Source of the DNA: Podarcis tiliguerta
Taxonomy: Eukaryota
Assembly: GCA_965153285.1 (NCBI GenBank)
Contig: OZ229118.1
Strand: one strand, 5' to 3'
Length of the DNA stretch: 64,000 nt
Each line of letters begins with the position of its first letter. The stretch's first letter is position 1. The notes beneath the pieces are model-generated. The model saw nothing but the letters and a program-made list of their open reading frames with translations, was not told the DNA's origin and did not search any database. Below, in pieces: positions 55,093 to 64,000 of the stretch. Both the position numbers and the translations under genes were made by a program.

Positions 55093-57049
55093 ATGTTTTG
55101 AAAAAGAGCTGTGTGGCTATAGAATTTGCAAACTGCTGTCGGAAGAGATGTAGTGCAAGACCAGTGTAACATGAATTACTTATAATAGCTTTTTGTTAGT
55201 GTTGGTGAAATCCCACAATGCATAATGCAGCAGTTCTTGGAGACACTATTTCCCCCTCCTGCCCCTCTTCTCCAATAAAGCTAACCCACAATGGCTGCTG
55301 TTGTGAACAGTAATTTGCAACTTGGCAGTAATGGTTCCGCTCCTGGAGTTAATAGTAAATATCTCTGCAAAATACAACATCTTTATGAAGACTACAAATT
55401 TAAATGAGAACTTTTATAAGCTATGAAGTTTGGGATAAGAAATCTAAGGCACAGTGTAGAAAATGGTAAAAATAATTTGCAGTATGAGAAACTTGACAGT
55501 TGACACTTCATGGTTTTCACTGCTGTACATCTCTTTAGAGAGATCATTACTCTTTCTGTGATAAGAAAAAAATGTTAAAGGAAAGTATTGACTTGTCATT
55601 CATCCAGAGCCTTGCCCTTTTGGCATATATACATCTCTGAACAAAAGAAGTTTGTCATAACTTTGTGTTAACTGTACTACAATATTTTCATGGACTAATA
55701 TTTCCAAGCAAATAATTTTGCTGTCTGCTACTGAGACACTCTGCTACATTACATTCAAACCAAAAGCTGAATATCACGCCTAGTCTGCAAATATTCAGTG
55801 TTACCTATCTGGAAACCTTAGTATCCTACGTGCTTGTTTTTCTTCCCCTTAACTTAGCCACTTTATTATCCTGCAACCCTTCAGGAAATACTTGTTTTAG
55901 TCATGATGTTCCTTGGAAACTACTCTAGAATTAGCCCTATTGTCTTTCAGGATGCCACATTATTTCTAGAGAACTCTGCTAAGAGGAGATGGGTTTGGGT
56001 TAATAATTTACACCTTTCTTTTTCCTCTTCCAGCGATAGTTGGTCAACTAAAACTCTCTTAAGTGCTGAGATCCTACAACACAGATCACTCATTTGTGGC
56101 TTTTGTTTTTAGCAAGGATAGCATGTTTCATTATAGTTACAACTGTGTGATCTTGCAGTGACATAAATTTTGGAGGTAGGTATGTAGTGGGCATCATACA
56201 CACATAAAAACTCACACAGTAATCTGGTCATTACCATTTAAGCAGCACGCATGCATACCTTTTGTAGTGGGTCATTAAAAAATGATCAGTGTAACCTATA
56301 GGAAGGCAAAACCAAGGCAGCCCAGAGGCATAATAATCATATGCTGGTGTACTTGGAAACGCATTTCACTGATTTTGGTGGTACTTGCTCCCTTGTAAGC
56401 AAGTATAGGGTTGTGTTAGGATTTAAAAAATATATTGTCCACTTAAGCAGGCAGAGGAGCTGAGCAAGGAGTGGTGCTCCATTGCACTTTGCACCCCCTG
56501 AGAAGCAAAATTAATTATGCAAAACAAGTGAAGATGGACAAAGTTGCTGGGTTTTTAGAAAAAGGAATATGAGGAGTCTGGAGGAGGGTTTCTGCTGAAA
56601 AGCACTGGCTCCAGCAGGAAAGTAGAGAACAATATGTAAATAGAAGCTAATGCTGAAAGGCTCATGTATTGTTCAGGATAGGTGATCTCTGCCATGAGCT
56701 GGAACTGCAGGTAAAAAATAGGACACTGTTCCTGCATCTTTGCTAACTCTGTAGAAGGGCGTTTCAGCAGGTTGACCTGAAGTTTCCTTTTTGGCAGCTG
56801 CCTACCAATACCGAAATTCACTCTTCTATCTACCCAGCTGTTTAAAGGCGCAAGAGCGCGGTCTACTTTTTCACCCTTTTCCATCTGTTGTGGGAGCAAC
56901 AGATCTTGACTAGGAAGAGCCCTGTTGGTCCAGTGCCCAACCAGAAGCTGATGTTCATGGCCTTCCCCACAGCTACTGCCAGAAGCGCTGCAAGTTTTAA
57001 GGCTTGGTCGGGGGGGGGGTTGCCTTTTCTGGGAACTTCCTGCCCATCA

Positions 57050-57930
57050 GTCTCGCCGGGTGACTCCCGCTTGTCGTATATTTGTATGGGGACGAGAGAG
57101 AGAGCGAGACAGGGGTATGAGACGCTCCTGTACTGAGGAGACTAGCACGAGCTCAGCGCTGGCGAACAATGACAGCCAGATGGCCGCTGCCGCCCCAACC
57201 CGCCATTTAAAGACGCGTCCATAACATCCCACTTCTCGCGAGCTTTCGTGTTCCCGTCGTCCCTGTTTCCCTCCGCTGAGGCGAGCGGAAACGCCCCCTG
57301 CCATGGCCTCGCCTTCTTCGCCTATCAGGCCCGGCCTATGCCGCGAAAGGGGCGGAGCTGTTCTTCCTACGTGGCTTAACACGCGTGAAGCGACAGCCGC
57401 CGCCCTCAGGTGCGGAAGCGAAGCGGCTTGTGAGGGAGGGGGGAAATGAGCGCGCGCGAGCGAGCGACGGGGGCGCGCGGGCCTTTTTCGCCTCCCTGCC
57501 TCGACACGAATCCCTCCGCCAGGTTGGGCCTGAGCGACTAAGCCGCGAGTGACTCGACGCAGCGGAAGGCGCCTTCGCGGGCCCGGAGGCGATGGCGGCG
57601 GCCGAGGTGGAGTCGTCGCTGGAGCTGAGCCGGTCGAGCAGCTACGCGGGGCTGGGGACGTTGCCCCCCGCGCGCTCCCGCATCTTCAAGATCATCGTCA
57701 TCGGGGACTCGAACGTGGGGAAAACGTGCCTCACTTTCCGCTTTTGCGCGGGCCGCTTCCCGGAGCGCACCGAGGCCACCATCGGGGTGGATTTCCGAGA
57801 ACGCGCCGTCGACATCGACGGGGAGCGCATCAAGGTGCGGAAAGCCGAGGTCGCCTCCTCGGGCTGCTTTTCCCCTGCCAGGCTCAGGGGCTGTTCTTCC
57901 GGCTGCCTTGCAGCTGGCGCGTAGTAGATG
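57050..57930 (+). promoter_or_regulatory. CpG island / RAB33B promoter
   Basis: CpG-dense over exon 1; YY1-like AGATGGCCGC near 57178, GC box GGGGCGGAG, ETS-like CGGAAG. Confidence 0.8.
57592..57834 (+). CDS. RAB33B: RAB33B exon 1
   Basis: GCGATGG start; ...DIDGERIK|GTGCGG. Confidence 0.94.
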
Positions 57931-59815
57931 CAAAGTGGCAGGGAGTCCAGGGCTGCTGCTGCTGCACCTTTAACAGGTGTGTGCAGAAAAGGCAGGTGCT
58001 TTGCTTCGGCAAGCGACGTCTGCTGAGATTTCCTCTGCTGCAATACTGTTATAGGTGCAGGTGGCGAAAGATTCCTGCATTGCCGCGGGTTGGACTAGAT
58101 GACCCTCGTGGTCCCTTCCAACTCTATGATCTATGACCTCTTTTACACCAGGCCACCTGGCAGGACAGGAGTGGGCAACTCCAGTCCTGTTGCTCATCCA
58201 TACTGTGTGGAGTGACACACAGCCAAAAATATGGAGGTCATTTGTTATACAGTGGTATCTCGGGTTAAGTACTTAATTCGTTCCGGAGGTCCATTCTTAA
58301 CCTGAAACTGTTCTTAACCTGAAGCACCACTTTAGCTAATGGGGCCTCCTGCTGCCGCCGCACCACCGGAGCACAATTTCTGTTCTTATCCTGAAGCAAA
58401 TTTCTTAACCTGAAGCACTATTTCTGGGCTAGCAGAGTCTGTAACCTGAAGTGTATGTAACCCGAGGTACCACTGTACTTGTATCTCAGCTGCTTCCCCT
58501 GAATCAAGATTTGTGTTTGCAACAATCAGAGTGCAGTAACTTGAGGAAGTCCCCCGGTGAGCTTCATCGCTGAGCACGAGGCTTGATGTTATAGTTGCAC
58601 CTGTAAACATGCTGTTAGTTGCACCTTCTGAGCCCCTTGGTCTAACTAACTGTTGTTCATGTGCTGAGTGCTGAACATGTATTAACATCACACAGTTTTG
58701 AAAATGTGCTCATATTTAGTCATCTCATATTTATCCCAGTGTTTAAATAAGCTCACCAAAGTTTGCAAACACATAACACTAGTTTGCTAGTTCCTTTCAG
58801 TTCTTCATCCCACCGCTAGCAACATGTGGTTTCTATGCTGGGTGCAGAGAAGTAGAGCTTCCATGCACCCAGCTGCATGGAATTCCTGGTTACCTTTGGG
58901 TACCAGCTAGTGCTTAAATGCAAAGTTGTGTCATCCTTATACATATACAGTTATGTTAAGCAATGACACCTGTGCTTTTTAAATGAAATGTAAGCATACT
59001 GATTTTAAAATCACGTAGATCCTAATTAAACTTAATACTCATGTTGCAGTGTGAATTTCTTGGCAAGCTCTTAATTCCTGCAATACCTTCATCTACAGTG
59101 AAAGACACACAATTACTAATATTTAGTATGTTTTTGAAAAGCTGATGTATAAAAAGGTGTTTGCAGGAAGCTTCACAGCAAAAGTTTTCATTTATGTTTT
59201 GTTGCTGTTGCTGAGATATAAAACCACTGAACTCAAAGACCCTCATGAACAGAAATCATAGCAGTATAAAAGTACTGTTGAGTTAAAAGTTGAAATTATG
59301 CCTTTCCACCAGCATGAGTGAAATCATTTTTTTTCTTGTTTCTCTCCCTTCTCTCCCCTTCTCGGTACATCTAGATTCAGCTCTGGGATACAGCAGGGCA
59401 GGAGCGATTCAGGAAGAGCATGGTACAGCACTATTACAGGAATGTACATGCAGTCGTTTTTGTATATGATATGACAAATATTGCCAGTTTCCATAGTTTG
59501 CCACTGTGGATCGAGGAATGCAAACAACACTTGCTCACCAATGATATACCCCGGATTTTGGTTGGAAATAAATGCGATCTGAGAAGTGCAATTCAGGTCC
59601 CTACGGACATGGCTCAGAAATTTGCTGACACTCATAGCATGCCACTGTTTGAAACGTCTGCTAAGAACCCTAATGACAATGATCATGTGGAAGCCATATT
59701 TATGACCCTGGCTCATAAGCTCAAGAGTCACAAGCCGCTCATGCTTAGTCAGTTACCCGATAACACAATTCACCTAGAACCTGCAGTAAAACCTGCCATG
59801 CCATGTTGGTGTTAG
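57592..59815 (+). CDS. RAB33B: Ras-related protein Rab-33B; CDS join(57592..57834, 59375..59815), 684 nt, 227 aa
   Basis: G1 GDSNVGKT, effector [10 protein letters not shown]3 [10 protein letters not shown]4 GNKCD, G5 ETSAK, Rab33-type RFCAGRFP and C-terminal CWC prenylation motif. Confidence 0.96.
58066..58137 (+). mobile_element. CR1/SINE 3' tail fragment
   Basis: AGATTCCTGCATTGC..GGGTTGGACTAGATGACCCTCGTGGTCCCTTCCAACTCTATGA. Confidence 0.7.
58250..58475. mobile_element. Tc1/mariner-type MITE, family D
   Basis: TA|CAGTGGTATCTCGGGTTA...TAACCCGAGGTACCACTG|TA; internal TAACCTGAA repeats. Confidence 0.87.
59375..59815 (+). CDS. RAB33B: RAB33B exon 2 (coding part)
   Basis: long polypyrimidine tract then CTAG|, [23 protein letters not shown]...AMPCWC-TAG. 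Confidence 0.96.
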   Translation: MQLWDTAGQERFRKSMVQHYYRNVHAVVFVYDMTNIASFHSLPLWIEECKQHLLTNDIPRILVGNKCDLRSAIQVPTDMAQKFADTHSMPLFETSAKNPNDNDHVEAIFMTLAHKLKSHKPLMLSQLPDNTIHLEPAVKPAMPCWC

Positions 59816-62800
59816 CTCACAGTATTTTTGCAGTAATCACTTTGGTCTGTTTGCCAGTGCTTTGAGAGTATGGTGTTGGTAATGTTCCAGTTTAGTAGAA
59901 ATTACATTGAATCTGCTGGGCACTTTATTGTATGTCCTCACATCTGGATGTGTGCCACTCTTATCTCTGCACTTTGTTAACTGTGTCATCTAAATTACTG
60001 AAGATTTATGGAAGTTAGATTTGTGAAGCTTGACTCTGGTCCCATTGAAGTAGCTTAGTTCTGAGATATTGTCTCCACTAAAATAGAAGTGTGTAGGTTA
60101 GGTCAAATCACTGATGCCTTTAGCGTTCAATTTGAGCAGATCACGGTTCTATAGAAACCCAAAGAGTAGTATGACATGATAATTTTAAGTGAATCACTTT
60201 TAGATAATTTGTTAAATTGATTTGTGAATTGTACTTCTATCACATGTCTTAATCATGCAATGGAATGAAGGCTCGACTTGAGCACAAGTGTTAAGTCACC
60301 TCTTGCCTTCATCTCATTACTTTATCTAAACTCTAGGTTAGTTAATTATGAAAGTAAGTGTAGAGCTACGGAGTTTACTTTCTGTGTAAAGTTATGTTTG
60401 ATGGCCCTCATAGTTTTGTATTCTTCTTTATATGTGAGACAGAAATGACATTGGAAAAATATCCAGGGTTATCTTTTGCACAATAAAATGAAATCATGTG
60501 AATCTCATGGAACATTGGAAATTGCATTGAAAACTGAAGCTGTAGTGGATTGTTTATTTCTGATGTAACCACAGGAGATCAGAAAGTATCCACTAATTGT
60601 GGTATTGCTCTGGAGGCGAAACCATCAATAGGAACGCCAGATCTTGTAGTTCAGATTCTCCCTAAATATTGTAACACTTTTTAAAAGGCTCTAACGCAAT
60701 TCTAAAAATGTATCATTTATATTCATAACATTATGATATAACTTAAGGTGTATTGTTTGACTTTCATTATTAGCAGTGGTTATAACCTACACAACATACA
60801 AAATGCCAAAACGTGAGACTTGATTGGGGTACTTTTAGTACCCCAATGGAATACTATGAAGCAAATGGCCAAGGTAAAAGTCTTAGGAATGCATGGTTTC
60901 TCTTACTAAAAACAAACAGTGAATTAAAATGTAGACTGCAAATAATATAGGGGAAATCATATGCTATTCTGTGTGGTTTGCTCACTATGTTTTGCTTTTG
61001 AAATAGCATAAGGTAGGAGCAACTGAACTTCAGAATCTACAATTTGTAAAAAAAAAACAAAAAACTACTTGTGTGCCTTAGCTATGAACACATGGAAGGG
61101 GCAGTCTATATCATCCCATTTTATCAAAAATAAATACATAAAATATGAATGAAAGTGGCTGTTTTCCATAAGTAATATTAGCAGCTTCTTTTTAGTAAGT
61201 TAAGAGGTCTCTTCAAATCTATTTGCAGCACACAGTGTCTATCTATAAAGTGTTTAGAGCTGAACTTACAAGATTTCTTGCTTGATGGTTTTGTGTAGAC
61301 ATTTCTGCTATAATAACTGCCCTCCACCTCTGGGCAGCTCAAGCTAAAGGGTAAGGGATAGGTGGGCTTTCCTGTGTTCATTGTGTAACGTGCACTACTG
61401 GCACAAGCGCCCGATTCAGCCTTCCAGTACTGAGTAATTGGCAAGTGGAGAAATCCTGGTGCCTATCTTCATCTCCTTGCACAAATATAGCTCCAGCCTT
61501 GTATATCTATTGTTGCTAATTAGGACCATCACCCATTAAAGAAAGAAATTTGAGCTTTTATTGACTAATAAAATATTAAAGCGACAAATATTGAGGAAGG
61601 GATAAAACAGTTCTGTAGAAAATGGCATAATTTGTGTGAATGACAGATAATGGGGATTGATTTTAATTATGTTTAATCTTTGTATTCTTGCTCTTCCCTC
61701 CACTTGGAAAGCTCAAGCTGCTAACAGTAACGTGTTGTTAGAATCCTGTTAGCAGTGGCTGCCACCTGGTGTTTCTTAAGTATTAAAAACAAATATTTTA
61801 CAAATCAATGTTAATCAACTAGGACAGCAGGAGACAACATGGTGCCCTCTAGATGTTGTGGACTACAACTGCCCTCAGTCCTAGTCAGCTTGGCCAGTGA
61901 ACAGGGATGATGGTACTTGTAGTCCAAAACATCTGGAGGCTACCGCCTTGGCTGTTTCGGAAGTAAGCATTACAAACCTTAGTATAAGTGAACCTTGTGT
62001 AGGAGTTGATCTTAACTCTCTTGTTCAGTACCATATTGTAACCTTTTATTTACATGTGTCCTACATTTCACATTTCGTGTTAGCTTGCATATAACTTTTG
62101 GTTACATAAAAAGGGAAAGCAATGAAATTCAAGATACCGTTACATATTATTCTAAGAGAATGGAGTATCAGTTAACACTTAAAGAACAATTTACTTAATA
62201 TTCCAAATCCAATATGCTTATATCTACTGTGTGCTGCTTATTAAATGTCTTACTAAGTTTTAACCTTTACTGTAATGTTATTGAAGGCAGACATATTAGT
62301 ACAATTACTGTATTTGTAATTGCCAAATACTAGGTGCTATTCTGTTGTACATTAGCATAGTGAAGTATAAAACACTAGCTTTTATGTTTAGGAAAATCTA
62401 TTGATTGCACCTTAATCAGTAAAATGCAAGGAACACAATCCACTTGCATTGTGGGCCAAATGTGTGAGAGGATTGTGTCAAAGTTTATATAGAATTATTA
62501 TTATTTTGCTTATAACCAGAAGTGACAGGGTTTTTCTTGTTTAGTTTTTCTACAACACTTGAAAAAGGGAAGTTCTTTTTACTCTGTTTTGTGTCTTTAC
62601 TTTTGGTTTACGCACTTTCTAGAAACCATTTATTTAATACGAAGACTCTTCAGTGATTTTTACTGAAAAAATGTTCATAAATGTATATTTCTAAAATATT
62701 TCTCAAATATAGTTTACACTCCTCTTTAGAGAACTCACCTGTTTACTTCATTTTCTTAATCTATTTAAGTAAAAGATAGCTTTTAATGCAAATGTAATAA

Positions 62801-64000
62801 TAATGTGTGCATTAAATAATATCCTAAAGAAAGTAAAAATAAAACCAGGGTTCTATAATCATAAGGAAGAGGGTGTTGAAGAATAAATCATGTGGCCACA
62901 ACATATAGGACAACATCCCTGTATTGCTCCCAGGATAGGTCTGATAACTAATGTTGTATTTCACCCATAAATACTGATGAAATGGTTATTTTGAAACTGT
63001 TTAAACTGCTATAGTATAGTATAGAATTGTTCTATCTTATTATTGCAAAATAACATTGAGCATTGTCATCTTATCAGCACCAGTTACGTTGACAGTATCT
63101 TAAACAGAGTGTTGTTAATTCAAAATGCTTCCCCATTTAATAATGCTTTACCTACAAAATGTCAATTGTTCTTTCTAAAAGCAAAAGGAAAGATTTATTT
63201 AAATTACCACAAGTACGTGTCACTGTCTTAAACTAATAAATGCTAGCAAGTAAAATTCTGCTTTTGTCTCATTTTTCCCTTACTGTAATTGCCTGTCAGT
63301 TAGAAACATTCACATTGTTATGAGTGTTGTGAAGCTTCCATCTCCTGAAAGATTCTTGCTTGCCTCAGGCAGCTATACCTATGGCTATTTAAAAAGTGTT
63401 TTATTTCTGGAGTTATATGTGCATTTGTCTTTAAAAATGAATCTGTGGAAGAGGGCAAGATTGGATATGTTCAATTTGATTTCTTTAGTTTAGGCCAGAT
63501 GGAGCATATGATATGAAAGCTGATGCCTCTTTAATGAAATACTAATTCCATACAAAACGCAATCCATAAATTCTAACATGGGGCATTGGTGAAATCATTG
63601 GAGTAGAGTGCATTGGCTAATATTCACAGTATTTATCGGCCCACTCTTTGCTTTCTGTGCTAGCAGTGAAATCAGTTATCACACGGAATCTTATGATTTC
63701 TGCACACCATTCCCATTTGAACAAGCAAATTTGCATTTTGGAAGACTCAGTTGCCCATGACAATTTTTCTGGTTCAAAGGATGCTTCTTATTATTGAAGA
63801 TTCTTTACACAGCAGGAGTCAAATAAACACCATGGGGCTAAATTAAAATTTATGAAAATAGAATTAAGTTTATTAACTGTACAGAAAATAGGTCACCAGT
63901 CTTGAAATTCTGAGGATCTCTTCAGAGTGGTCAGTCATTTCTTAACTTTTAAGAATTGTACAAACGTCTCATCAACATTCTTAAGTTATAAAGAGCTTTA

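Noticed and set aside
57592-57924. 110-aa single-exon Rab-like ORF
   Set aside because: It is RAB33B exon 1 reading into the intron; the G3-G5 motifs are in exon 2
59816-64000. Possible SETD7 3'UTR at the right end and ELF2 sequence at the left end, expected from synteny
   Set aside because: No coding exon of either gene is recognisable in the window; UTR limits cannot be set from sequence alone

Overview
Vertebrate genomic DNA, very probably a lacertid lizard (Squam3-type SINEs, BovB/Sauria tail, CR1 and squamate MITEs). It contains the conserved block syntenic to human 4q31.1: MGARP (minus, 4 coding exons, 176 aa), NDUFC1 (minus, 3 coding exons, 76 aa, plus a probable non-coding last exon), NAA15 (plus, 20 coding exons, 865 aa, intron 3 is U12-type) and RAB33B (plus, 2 exons, 227 aa). 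I traced all exon boundaries by hand; they have GT-AG ends and consistent phases. The rest is introns and UTRs with CpG-island promoters, SINE/LINE fragments, Tc1/mariner- and hAT-type MITEs, microsatellites and one 140-N gap. I see no convincing wholly new biological system. The best leads are RNA-processing and transposon-derived: the U12 intron, a splice-versus-polyadenylation choice in the NDUFC1 3'UTR, an antisense exon at the NAA15 promoter, inverted CRE-carrying MITEs bracketing a frame-closed 960-nt exon 2-9 block, and two tRNA-headed SINE families sharing a CR1 tail.
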